A stretch of 64,000 bases of DNA, from assembly GCA_963663965.2 (NCBI GenBank), contig CAXXFK010000013.1, positions 64,001 through 128,000 on the forward strand. Direction: 5' to 3'. Origin of the DNA: Sedimentisphaerales bacterium. GTDB lineage: Bacteria > Planctomycetota > Phycisphaerae > Sedimentisphaerales > SM23-30. The position numbers and the translations under genes were made by a program. Under the pieces are notes generated by a model, which worked only from the letters and a program-made list of their open reading frames with translations, made no database searches and was not told where the DNA came from. Of this stretch, positions 38,919-48,710 are shown piece by piece (the stretch's first letter is position 1; every line of letters starts with the position of its first letter).

Positions 38919-40006
38919 TAAACCCGTTCTACGCTTAAGGTTAGGTCGATATTTTACCATGTTGGCTTCGTTTGGTTTTGGATTAGTGTCGCTGCTCTCA
39001 TGGTTTTTTCCTTTCTTTGCGAGAAATACTGTCAATAGTGCCTTGGGGAGGCGGTGGTTAAAAGTAGCAAACTGGAAGTAGCAAGTAGTATATTTTTCAC
39101 GCCAATGAATTGGTGGGTTATTCACGGTTATCTCCTTCTGAGGCGGACCTTCGGCCTGCGGGGTATTATTGGTATCCGCCGGAGGGCGGATGGTCAGTTT
39201 TATCTATCGCTTCAGAGCGATATTCTGGCGGTTCGCCTCTGCGAGGCGTGGTAAAAAATTTTCAAATTCATGTTCGTTACCCAGGGTGGCGCTTGTCCCG
39301 TTACACGGAACTCGCTGACCCTCATAGGGCTATTGTATGCCGGTCCGTTGGGCTGCTTTGGGTTTTCGCCAGTCGGCGGAATGTTAATTTTCATTTTTGT
39401 TAAGCTCAATTAAATTGGAACTCACAGGGCGATAAATCCACCCACAAGCTGCGCTTGAAGGGTGCCACCCAAGGGATAAAGAATATTTTGTTAAGATCAA
39501 TTTATTGTTGAGGTTAGGGTGTTATTTTCTTGTGTTGGCTTCGTTTGGTTTTGGTTGGTATTGGTTACGATCATGGTTTTTTCCTTTTTCTTTTGCGAGA
39601 CATCTGTCGGTACGGCTCGGAGAGGCGGGGGTTAATTTTATCACGCTGAACTCCGTACGTTATTATTGAGCGTGGGCGGTGGCCGGCCTGTGTTTTAGTA
39701 GTGACGGCATTGGAGGGTGGTGTCGGTTGGGGTGTCCTGGGAATTTTCTGCCGGCGTGAATGGTTTTATGTCATTGTTATAATTTTGGTTATAGTCGTGA
39801 TTATTGGTGTTGGGTTCGTTTGGCGCTGGGGGATAGTTGGAGTGGTTGGGGTTGTATTGATGGGGTGTTTGGTTCAAAGGATCGGGATGAGATTCGTAGC
39901 GTTCGTAGCTGGAAGTGTGGTGGTAGTTATGGGTTGGTTTGTCTGTTTCTAAGTTGTTGTTATTATTTGTTTTATGGTCGAATTTGCCGATTTTGGGTTC
40001 GTTTGG
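38919..40006 (+). repeat. Four copies of tripartite motif TA(A/T)R-N17-KTTA-N18-TTGGSTTCGTTTGG
   Basis: 14-mers at 38962, 39535, 39810, 39993; (G/T)TTA exactly 22 bp upstream of each. Confidence 0.9.
39279..39353. repeat. Degenerate CCCAGGG...CCCT(GG)GCT REP-like hairpin element
   Basis: ACCCAGGGTGGCG...CGCTGACCCT...GGGCTAT nested inverted repeat. Confidence 0.45.
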
Positions 40007-40480
40007 CATTGGTTGGGTTTCGGGTTCGTTGTCTGGTTTGGGGGTGGCGTTGGGGTCGCATTGGATGGCGGGGGTGATCTGGTAGCCGGCTTCGAAGAGG
40101 ATTTCTTTGGATTGCTGGATGATCTGCTGGTATTCCAGGTCGGTGGGCGGGCCATCGGGGAGGCAATCTTTGAAGGAGTTGGAAACGGTGATGAATTGCT
40201 GGATGAGTTGGGCGGTGGCGCGGCGGGCGGTGACATTATTGTCAGAACGGGACTGGACGACGAGGCGTTGGAGGGCCTGGTGGCCGGCCCGGGTGGCGCG
40301 GAGTTTATAGTCGCGGCGGTCGTAGGCGATCAGGCCGGCCAGTTCGCAGTGGTAGGAATGGGTGTCGATGATGTACTGGTGTTGGCGGCGGGTGGTGTTG
40401 ATGGTGGCGAGGAAAATGTCATTGATTTCGGGGCGGTGGTAGTATTGGGCACGGGCGAGAATTTGCATGGAACGATTCAT
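39695..40480 (-). CDS. Orphan hypothetical protein with N/P-rich tail containing PNEPK/PNEPN
   Basis: 261-aa ORF with AAAGGAGG RBS and upstream TATAAT; coding strand strongly C/A-rich. Confidence 0.65.
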   Translation of the reverse strand: MNRSMQILARAQYYHRPEINDIFLATINTTRRQHQYIIDTHSYHCELAGLIAYDRRDYKLRATRAGHQALQRLVVQSRSDNNVTARRATAQLIQQFITVSNSFKDCLPDGPPTDLEYQQIIQQSKEILFEAGYQITPAIQCDPNATPKPDNEPETQPMPNEPKIGKFDHKTNNNNNLETDKPTHNYHHTSSYERYESHPDPLNQTPHQYNPNHSNYPPAPNEPNTNNHDYNQNYNNDIKPFTPAENSQDTPTDTTLQCRHY

Positions 40481-40617
40481 GTTATACCTCCTTTTAACCT
40501 TAATAATGTTTTGTGTTTGACCGTTAGTGGCCGACTGTTGGGATTATAGGCTATATTTTAATAAAAGTAAAATAAATAATAATATTATTTAAAAATAATA
40601 CATAATATAAGAAATTT

Positions 40618-40760
40618 TCACCATGAAGGTCATGAAGGGCATGAAGGCAAGAGGAAGAATTAACGGCTGATTTAACCGCAGATTGACACAGATAGACGCA
40701 GATAAAAACAGATTTAAGTTATTAAAATAAAATAAGATATGACCACGGAATACACGGAAG
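40618..40760 (+). repeat. Cluster of short periodic repeats
   Basis: CATGAAGG x3 (9-nt period), CAGAT x4 (10-nt period), CACGGAA x2 (9-nt period). Confidence 0.75.
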
Positions 40761-40839
40761 GCAATCAGGGTGAAGCAGATGAAATCAAAGGAGATAGAAC
40801 TGCGAAAGGGGCGAAAATAAAGGGTGGCGGGGCCACGAG

Positions 40840-42381
40840 TTAAAATTTTTCACCCTGAGTCCATAACTGTGCCAGATGTTCGAGTTCTTTAATAATTGGC
40901 TGGGAGGTTGGTTTATGGTACAAGTTGATTTTTTCATCGGGATCGGTTTTCAGATGATAGAGTACGCCGTCTTTATCGGCGATGCGGTTATCCATAAAGA
41001 ATATCAGTTTCCAATCGCGGGTACGGACCATGACACGCCGACCGCCGCCACGCAGTTCTTCATACATACTCTGGCTATGGTCAATTTCGCTGAAACAGGC
41101 CGGCCGCCATTTTTTGACTTTTCCTTGAATCAGCGGCATTAAACTGCGTCCGCGTATGGTTTGGGGGATATCCAAGCCAGACAGTTCCAATAAGGTGGGC
41201 AGGAAGTCGATCATTTCAACGGGTTCATCGATTACTTTGCCTTTGGGCAGCAGGGCCGGGCAACTCAGGATGAGCGGCGATTTGACATTGGCTTCGTAAA
41301 AGACCCGTTTTTTCCAGAGGCCGTGTTCGCCCAACTGGAATCCCTGGTCGGAGTTGATGGCTATAATAGTATTTTCCAGCAGTCCTTTGGATTTGAGGGC
41401 TTCGATCATGCGGCCTACTTGAACATCGGCCAGGGCCACCATGCCGTAATAAGTGCCCCGACATAAATCGATCTGTTTGCGGGTCAGTTCTAGACCACCA
41501 GCATAGGTTCGTAAGGGGCCTTGCTCAAACCTGGATTTACTGTTGAGTTCTTCCTGAGTGGGCAGAGGCAGATCGATTCCGGCCGGATCGATGAAATATT
41601 CCTTGGGTACATAACAGCCGACATGGGGGGCGTGAAAGGAAACCCGCAGAAAAAAAGGTTCATCCGGGTTCAACTTATCGATGGCGGCAACGGCTATATT
41701 GCCCAGTTGCCAGGTTTCGGTATCCTGCGGTTTGATTTTCTCCGTTCTGGCGCCGATCAGCCAGCCATGGGTCGGGGTTTTTACCATTGGCACATCCAGC
41801 GCAGACATATCATCGCCAAAAATCTTTTTAAATGCGGCGGTTGGACGTCCACAGACATCGAGCAGGGGCAGGGCATCTCCCAGACTCTTCCAGGATCTGG
41901 GGAAGCCATGAATTTTACCAATATTGGCGGGCTGGATTCCGGCCGCGGTCCAGCGGTCCAGCAGATTGGGTTCCCGGTCCAGTTGAGCCATTTGTGAGGC
42001 ATTGAGATAATCTCCCGGCGTTTCGGGGGCTTTGCCCATGGCAACGGGTCCGATTTGATGGGCGTAGAAACCGGTTTTCATGCTGCGCCGTGAGGGAACA
42101 CAGACTGGATTTTGCACAATAGCGGTTTCAAATCGAACGCCATTGGCCGCCAATGCATCCATATGGGATGTTTTTGGCCAGGACCGGCCGTAGCAACCCA
42201 GGGCGTCGGCCCGGCCATCATCGAACATGATCCACAGAATATTTGGTCGTTTTCCATTGATAACCGGTTTATGGGATTTATTCAAAACGTTATTCGTTTG
42301 CCGGCAACCTTCGATTAATCCCAGTCCTGCAGTTGCGGCTGAACTGATTCCGATCTTTTTTAAAAAATGGCGTCTGTTCAT
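40840..42381 (-). CDS. Tat-exported formylglycine-type sulfatase
   Basis: MNRRHFLK Tat motif, RPNILWI, CVPSR (CxPxR), SDQG..LGEHGLW.K, DPDEKINL. Confidence 0.93.
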   Translation of the reverse strand: MNRRHFLKKIGISSAATAGLGLIEGCRQTNNVLNKSHKPVINGKRPNILWIMFDDGRADALGCYGRSWPKTSHMDALAANGVRFETAIVQNPVCVPSRRSMKTGFYAHQIGPVAMGKAPETPGDYLNASQMAQLDREPNLLDRWTAAGIQPANIGKIHGFPRSWKSLGDALPLLDVCGRPTAAFKKIFGDDMSALDVPMVKTPTHGWLIGARTEKIKPQDTETWQLGNIAVAAIDKLNPDEPFFLRVSFHAPHVGCYVPKEYFIDPAGIDLPLPTQEELNSKSRFEQGPLRTYAGGLELTRKQIDLCRGTYYGMVALADVQVGRMIEALKSKGLLENTIIAINSDQGFQLGEHGLWKKRVFYEANVKSPLILSCPALLPKGKVIDEPVEMIDFLPTLLELSGLDIPQTIRGRSLMPLIQGKVKKWRPACFSEIDHSQSMYEELRGGGRRVMVRTRDWKLIFFMDNRIADKDGVLYHLKTDPDEKINLYHKPTSQPIIKELEHLAQLWTQGEKF

Positions 42382-42497
42382 ATTGATGTTCCGGAAAAAT
42401 TGTTCGAGACATATTATCCCATCAGTCTACTTTGTTTTACGGGGATATTGCAATATAAAATATTTTCTGGATAAACAGATCATGAAGCCGGATCAAT

Positions 42498-42528
42498 AAA
42501 AAAAGGCGCCGGCAATAATGCCGACGCC
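42498..42528 (-). terminator. Rho-independent terminator of LamG gene
   Basis: GGCGCCGGCA/TGCCGACGCC stem with A7 on + (U-tail on -). Confidence 0.75.
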
Positions 42529-42563
42529 CGGTAATGGACATTTAGAAACTATCAAACTGAATC

Positions 42564-44723
42564 TTACTGGCAGGTACTTTCCGGATACAGTCCGCAATCC
42601 AGCCATCCAGCGGCCATAATTGCAACGTCGGCAATGGTTACCTGGCAGTCATTATTCAAGTCTGCTTCCGGTTTAACCTGACAAGCGGGAACGCCACCAT
42701 CCGCATAATACTGAGCAGCGATTTCATCCGCGGTCAACGCATAGTTATAGACGCGAATTTCATCCAATTGACCGTTGAAGTAGGCATCATTCCATGCGCT
42801 CTTACCGATGTAGTTGTTTACGCGGGTGATATTGGTCGGCATTGGCATGGTTACCTGAGGCGTATTATGGGTTCCATTCGTGTTAAAGTAATAGTACTGC
42901 AAGCCATTCTTATACAGTTTGGCGACACCCGAGGCATCCTGAGTTGCGGTGAACATCTGCCATTTATCCTGCTCGATGGCTACGGTGCCACGCAGAAGGG
43001 TGTTCTGATTTATGCCAGTGGCATTTCTGAAGATAAAGTTACTAGTGGTGCTTTCACGACTCACGAAGATGTTTTCCAGCGGAGCGCCATTGGAGAACTG
43101 CATGAAGTTGGCCCAGCCACCAGCCGCCGTGGGTTTAGCCCAGAAATTAATGGTGATGCCACCCAGGAAGTTGGCGAAGCCATCCGGCAGGTCAATGTAG
43201 TTCTTATAGGTGTTGGACAGATCAACCGCCTGACCAGATACACCTGCGCTATAGGAGGGCAGAATGTTATCGGGTTCAGTGCCCAGGGTTGCGCCGGTTC
43301 CATGCAATTCGCTACCCGATGCATCGTCGGCATTGCCTTCGAAGGGATAGTAAGCATAGAGACGTTTGACGTAAACCATGACATTGGCTGTAGTTGAAGT
43401 GCCCCCCGTGTTCGTTGCAGTGGCATAGATAAGACCGTCATCGGCGGCCGTCACATTGCTAAAGGTCAGGGTCGATGTGTAGATATCACCATCATTAATA
43501 GTGTCTATCGTGACGTTGCCAACACCAGAGGTCAGTTCTTGATCGGTCTCGCCCATTTCTTTGTACCAATTGATAGTGATATCACTACTGCCTGGAATGG
43601 GTTTTTGTGTGACTAACGTATAAACCGCATCGTCACCCAACATAACATATTGATGAGTTGGAGGAGTGACAATAATGGGTGAATTGGGAAGGGTATCAAA
43701 GGTGTAGGTATAACTGATATACGTCTTACCGTCAGCCGTGGTATCGACTCTCCAATAATAGGTGGTTTCACGATCGAGTGAAGAGAGTGCATGGCTATTG
43801 GCAGTTAGAGCCAGGTTGGCAACAGTGGCGTAAGTCGTCATATTGGCGTTGGGGTCCAGCATATTCGGATCGGTACCTACATAGAGATGATAGCCAGAAG
43901 GCGTGATATCTGAAGCAACCGTCCAACTTAGCGTGGGGTCAGTGGCAACATTTTTTGCACCATCAGTTGGGGTAACGCTTTCTACGACAACCCGATTATA
44001 GGTATCCGGGCCCAAAGTATAGTTGAAGGCAACTTCTTCATCGCTCATGACATGGTCGTAAATACGGAATTCGTTGATGGTACCACTGTAACCAGGGTCA
44101 TTGTACAAGGCGGCGCCAATCAGGGCCATGGAACGAGCCACATTTGTCAATGAATGCTTAGTGGTGATCTCGTCAACCAGTACACCATTTTGATAAAGCC
44201 GCATCTGGGAGGTGGTTTCATCATAGACGCAAACAGCATGGATCTCAACATTTAAAGCGGAATTGTCAGTTTCGGCCCACTGCTCCCCATATTCCTCTAG
44301 GTAACCCGGGATACCACCGGTGGTGATCGAAAAACGGGATGTACCAGCATCAGTGCCGCCGGAGGTGGGAGTGTACATAATGTAATTTCCGCCGTTACTG
44401 CCATCGGTTTCGCCAAAGTCGAAAACGCGCTGCCAGTTCTGATCGATATTGATGGTATACCAGAACTCAATCGATACGCTGGTATAATCGCTCAACACAT
44501 CCGCCGGCAACGCGACGTGTGGCGCGCTTCTTCCACTGGCGCCGGCATTTAATACTAACTGGCCGCCACTGATGGTAGCGCCATTCATCAGGTTACCGTC
44601 TTTGCCACCCACCGAATCAATGGCCAGCGTACCGCCTGTAGTAAAACTATAACGGTTTACCAGTGTTGCCTGCGCTGGAATGATTAAAGCCAGTACGAGC
44701 AAACAAAACAATGCTTTTTTCAT
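42564..44723 (-). CDS. Secreted protein with two LamG/concanavalin-like domains, Ig domain and dockerin-like tail
   Basis: Signal peptide; WQRVFDFG, GTINEFRIYD, YYWRVD, FNGQLDEIRVYNYALT, ADLNNDCQVTIADVAIMAAGWL. Confidence 0.9.
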   Translation of the reverse strand: MKKALFCLLVLALIIPAQATLVNRYSFTTGGTLAIDSVGGKDGNLMNGATISGGQLVLNAGASGRSAPHVALPADVLSDYTSVSIEFWYTINIDQNWQRVFDFGETDGSNGGNYIMYTPTSGGTDAGTSRFSITTGGIPGYLEEYGEQWAETDNSALNVEIHAVCVYDETTSQMRLYQNGVLVDEITTKHSLTNVARSMALIGAALYNDPGYSGTINEFRIYDHVMSDEEVAFNYTLGPDTYNRVVVESVTPTDGAKNVATDPTLSWTVASDITPSGYHLYVGTDPNMLDPNANMTTYATVANLALTANSHALSSLDRETTYYWRVDTTADGKTYISYTYTFDTLPNSPIIVTPPTHQYVMLGDDAVYTLVTQKPIPGSSDITINWYKEMGETDQELTSGVGNVTIDTINDGDIYTSTLTFSNVTAADDGLIYATATNTGGTSTTANVMVYVKRLYAYYPFEGNADDASGSELHGTGATLGTEPDNILPSYSAGVSGQAVDLSNTYKNYIDLPDGFANFLGGITINFWAKPTAAGGWANFMQFSNGAPLENIFVSRESTTSNFIFRNATGINQNTLLRGTVAIEQDKWQMFTATQDASGVAKLYKNGLQYYYFNTNGTHNTPQVTMPMPTNITRVNNYIGKSAWNDAYFNGQLDEIRVYNYALTADEIAAQYYADGGVPACQVKPEADLNNDCQVTIADVAIMAAGWLDCGLYPESTCQ

Positions 44724-45921
44724 AATCGAACTCCTCTAAAATTAAGAAACGGTATCATTGTGCCAATACTGACCCGCTTCTAATCGCCAGTATTGGTGAC
44801 TGTTAAAAAAAAAATGTATGCTAGACCCAAATCAATAAACGTGTCGTCTCTTTTGTCATCATTCTGCTTTTAATCCGTTTAAATGTTTTTTTCGTCGTGA
44901 CAACGTAAAGAAAATATCAAGCAACATATGTCAGCTTACCGATAAAAAAGCCAACTCCTGCCGCTCAATCAACTGGCTACCCACTGTTAAATTTTACGTG
45001 ACACAAATAACGCTTTAATTCACAATTAATTTTAACTTCATTTACAGTGTAATGTCAAGGATATTTCTATATACCGGGACATTTTCATCCTTTTCCATGA
45101 AATTAAGATTCATCAGGGTTAGAGATATTCTGGAAATGAACTGATAAATCTAATTTCATTGCGACTATTCGCGAAAACCAATCGGTATCATAGCTTTTTA
45201 AATCAAAGCTAAACACCTAACACAAAAATGATAACAAATAGAATGATTAAATCATTTCGGTTGAACCATTTATTTCATAGCAACCATACCCTGTACCATG
45301 ATTAGGAAATTGGCATTTTCCAAGTTAACCTTTAAGGTTATCACTATCTTATCGGTTATTGGCGGTCGATTATTATCAGTTAATTTTAATTTGACTTTAA
45401 ACGATCCTAGTGGGCCGCCCAGAGCGGCGCTGCCACCAAAAGCCATGGTTCAATATCTGTTCATAAATGTCACCGAGGTTAACGATTTGACTACAAAAAT
45501 ATTTTTAAGCGTTCAATCAGGTATCGGCGATGTTTGTATACTGGTTTATATTCAGCTATTGATTAAAGGGAACTTGTTCATTCAGAACTGCATGCAAAAA
45601 TCTGAGTACAGCAAGCTGTGCATTTTCCTATAAATGGCGTTATAAAAAACCAGGAATCATATCAAACAGGCTCCAGTTTTGATTTTTGCCAGAGAGAAAC
45701 CATCCTCGCTTTAGCCTCAGTAAGGAACCGCGCAAAAATAACACCTTCATTTCTCATCCCATCTTGCCGCCATCTTCAGTCGCCTCTCAATCGCGAAATC
45801 CTCGACATAGAACAGCACTGCCTGCGGTTTCGCTCAATCGGCGCGACTGAATCTGACAACAAGCTGTGTGATAAATGTAGCATTTATTTATGCGCGGCTC
45901 CTAACGGTAGTTTTGGTGTGA

Positions 45922-46509
45922 TTAATCCAAAGCATTTCCGCAATGGTCACAATATTTAGCATCGGGATCATTTATTTCCTGGCAGGTCGAACATGATTTT
46001 GTTTTTATTAATTTTGCACCGCACTGGTCGCAGAAACGGGCGTTTGTTTCAGCGATATGATTGCATTTGTGGCACCTGATTGTAATGTTTATTTCATTAC
46101 GGCGAATATTTTTATTGGCATTGAATAAGTCTCCCAAGCCTGCTGCGGCAATACCAGTCGCCAGGCCTTCACCCATGGCTTGTGTCGCATGACGGATTCC
46201 TTCCTGAGTTTCGCTGGCCATATAATTGAAGGAATCTTTGGCAACCGGAGCCGTTTCTTCAGCCATAAATCTCATAATTCGTCCGGCGAAACCGATTTGT
46301 GTCATCATTGCGCCTATTCCCAGGAGCGGAATGCCTAAGAATGCACACCAGAACAATCGTGGAGAACCATGGCCGGCAAATGCCAAGAAAAAGTCAATCA
46401 AGCCGATTAATAGTCCTATACCACCTAGAATAATAAAAATGGGACCAATCGTACGTAAAATCGAACGTGGTGTTTTGTGGTTTTTGTCAATTCTGAAATC
46501 TTCTTTCAT
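45922..46509 (-). CDS. Membrane protein with C-terminal double zinc ribbon
   Basis: Two TM helices; CHKC, CDQCG, CSTC, CDHCG. Confidence 0.85.
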   Translation of the reverse strand: MKEDFRIDKNHKTPRSILRTIGPIFIILGGIGLLIGLIDFFLAFAGHGSPRLFWCAFLGIPLLGIGAMMTQIGFAGRIMRFMAEETAPVAKDSFNYMASETQEGIRHATQAMGEGLATGIAAAGLGDLFNANKNIRRNEINITIRCHKCNHIAETNARFCDQCGAKLIKTKSCSTCQEINDPDAKYCDHCGNALD

Positions 46510-46618
46510 TTGGTTTCTCCCACAGAAACTTGAAGAACCCGCATAAAATGCTATAAAAATTTACGTTTATGCCATTTATACTATTGAAAACGACGTAACT
46601 TAAGCAGAAATGTTACAT

Positions 46619-46720
46619 AAAAAAGGTGAAGCAGGGCAGGAGGGGTTTGCTCTGCTTCACCAGCAAAGGAGGAGAAAAGAGAATTTCAGTATTGAATTTC
46701 TAATTAACAGCTTCCTAACT
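46619..46720 (-). ncRNA. Candidate ~100-nt sRNA with anti-Shine-Dalgarno tracts
   Basis: TTGTGC-N18-TATAAT promoter (46756-46727), UCUCCUCCUUU tract, 14-bp terminator stem with CCCCUCC loop and U6. Confidence 0.5.
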
Positions 46721-47013
46721 TCAGGTATTATAATCGACAAAATGGCTTATGCACAAAAAATTATAGCCAAAATTTAAATAAATTTCCATACAAAGGTTAT
46801 ATTTTGCCTAATTTAACATATAAAATTTGCGGCATGTTAAAATGGGTAATTTATTAAAAAGTAAATTTTTTGTTAAATATTATTCTTGCGTAATACAAGT
46901 AAAAAAGTAGTATGGGAGATCTTATTACCGGATCGCAATCGGTTAAATAGAGTGATATGCAAGGTTTGCCAAGTTGAACCTGAAAAAACCATGGGAATTC
47001 ATTGAGGTGTTCC

Positions 47014-48543
47014 ATGTTAGCAAAAATCCCCAGTTCAGCGATGATTGGTATCGAAGCGTTTGAATGTGAAATCGAAGTGGATATCGGTGGTGGTTCGACG
47101 GAGCGGCCAATGATCGTTGGTTTACCTGATACTGCGGTAAAAGAAAGTATTGAGCGGGTTCGGAGCGCCATCAGCAACAGTGGATACCGGTTTCCGGTTG
47201 AATCGATGATCATTAATCTGGCGCCGGCCAATCTAAAGAAAGAAGGTCCGGCCTTTGATCTGCCGATTGCCATTGGGGTCATGGCGGCATCGAATTTCAT
47301 TACCTGTGACCATCTGGTGAAAATTATGATGGTGGGGGAAATGGCTCTTGATGGCCGGATTCGCCCGGTAAAAGGGGCGTTGTCAACCGCTATAATGGCA
47401 AGAGATAACGGCTATACCACGATGATTGTTCCGGCTGATAATGCGCGCGAAGCAGCGGTTGTTCAGGATATTGACGTCATTCCAGTGGGTTCGCTGACGG
47501 AGGCCGTTGGTTTTTTGAACGGTCAGCTGCCCATTGAACCCCTTTGTGTCGATATTGAGCAGGTTTTTGAAGAGTTATCAAGATACGATATCGATTTTTC
47601 AGATGTTAAGGGGCAGGAAGGTGTGAAGCGGGCCGTCACCATTGCCGCGGCGGGCAATCATAATCTATTACTGCTGGGGCCTCCCGGTACCGGAAAAACC
47701 ATGCTGGCCAAGCGTATCCCAACGATATTGCCCGCTCTGACCCTGGAAGAATCGTTAGAAACAACTCGAGTCCATTCTGCAATGGGATTACTGAATAAAA
47801 ACCAGGCGCTTTTAGCCACTCGGCCGGTCCGATTCCCGCATCATTCGGCGAGCGGCCCATCCCTGGTGGGAGGCGGCAGTGTCCCACGTCCGGGAGAACT
47901 CTCTCTGGCCCACCATGGACTGCTATTTCTGGATGAATTTCCGGAATTTAAACGAACCGTTCTGGAAACCATTCGCCAGCCACTCGAAGATGGCACGGTG
48001 ACGATTTCGCGCGCTGCCGGCACTATCACATTTCCAGCGGATTTTATGTTAGTTGCCGCGATGAATCCCTGTCCATGCGGCTACTTGACAGATCCCAAGC
48101 GTAAATGTAAATGCACCCCCATCCAGATAGAGCGCTATTTATCCAGGATTTCCGGTCCTCTGGTGGATCGGATCGACATTCATGTTGAAGTTCCAGCGGT
48201 GCCTTTCAATGAGTTGCAAAGCAAGCAGGATGGCACTGGTTCACAAACCATGCGTGAGCAGGTGATTATGGCCCGTCAGATCCAAGCCCGCCGGTTTAAT
48301 GGTGATGGCATTTTTACCAACGCCCGCATGAACAGCAGGATGATTCGCAAGTATTGCCAGCTTGACCAGGCCGGTCTGGATACCATCAAGCAGGCGGTTT
48401 ATGAGATGGGGCTCAGCGCCAGGGCTCATGACAAAGTGCTTAAAATCGCACGGACAATTGCGGATCTTGACAATATAGGCGACGTCCAATCCTGTCATGT
48501 TCAGGAAGCGATCCAGTACAGGCGTCTGGACCGTAAGTTTTAA
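47014..48543 (+). CDS. comM: YifB/ComM family Mg-chelatase-like AAA+ ATPase
   Basis: IVGLPDTAVKES.ERV, NLAPA, GPPGTGKT, PGELSLAHHGLLFLDE, AAMNPCPCG. Confidence 0.93.
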   Translation: MLAKIPSSAMIGIEAFECEIEVDIGGGSTERPMIVGLPDTAVKESIERVRSAISNSGYRFPVESMIINLAPANLKKEGPAFDLPIAIGVMAASNFITCDHLVKIMMVGEMALDGRIRPVKGALSTAIMARDNGYTTMIVPADNAREAAVVQDIDVIPVGSLTEAVGFLNGQLPIEPLCVDIEQVFEELSRYDIDFSDVKGQEGVKRAVTIAAAGNHNLLLLGPPGTGKTMLAKRIPTILPALTLEESLETTRVHSAMGLLNKNQALLATRPVRFPHHSASGPSLVGGGSVPRPGELSLAHHGLLFLDEFPEFKRTVLETIRQPLEDGTVTISRAAGTITFPADFMLVAAMNPCPCGYLTDPKRKCKCTPIQIERYLSRISGPLVDRIDIHVEVPAVPFNELQSKQDGTGSQTMREQVIMARQIQARRFNGDGIFTNARMNSRMIRKYCQLDQAGLDTIKQAVYEMGLSARAHDKVLKIARTIADLDNIGDVQSCHVQEAIQYRRLDRKF

Positions 48544-48710
48544 CTATGTAATGCCCGTCGTCCGGGCTCTGGAGCATTGAACGCCTGACTAAAAGTTCAG
48601 TGATTCGCTTGAATTTGAAGCCGGAGCGGATTATTCTGTTTGGTGGTTAAATCATAGAGGAGATCCATGGATATCTTCAATTCTTAAATTTTTCACAGGA
48701 ATATAGAAAA

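Noticed and set aside
38962..38975. 14-mer as a sigma54 promoter
   Set aside because: GG-N10-GC spacing is not met consistently across the six copies
36433..39635. Diversity-generating retroelement TR/VR pair
   Set aside because: No reverse transcriptase; the 546-bp copies barely differ and differences between the 120-bp units are not adenine-specific
38919..40006. CRISPR array
   Set aside because: Conserved core only 14 bp, irregular spacing (183-573 bp), no cas genes
39974..40549. Plus-strand 191-aa G/V-rich ORF
   Set aside because: Antisense shadow from G/T skew; the minus ORF has the RBS and promoter
45298..45959. Two ~110-aa plus-strand ORFs
   Set aside because: No RBS or recognisable motifs; not supportable as genes
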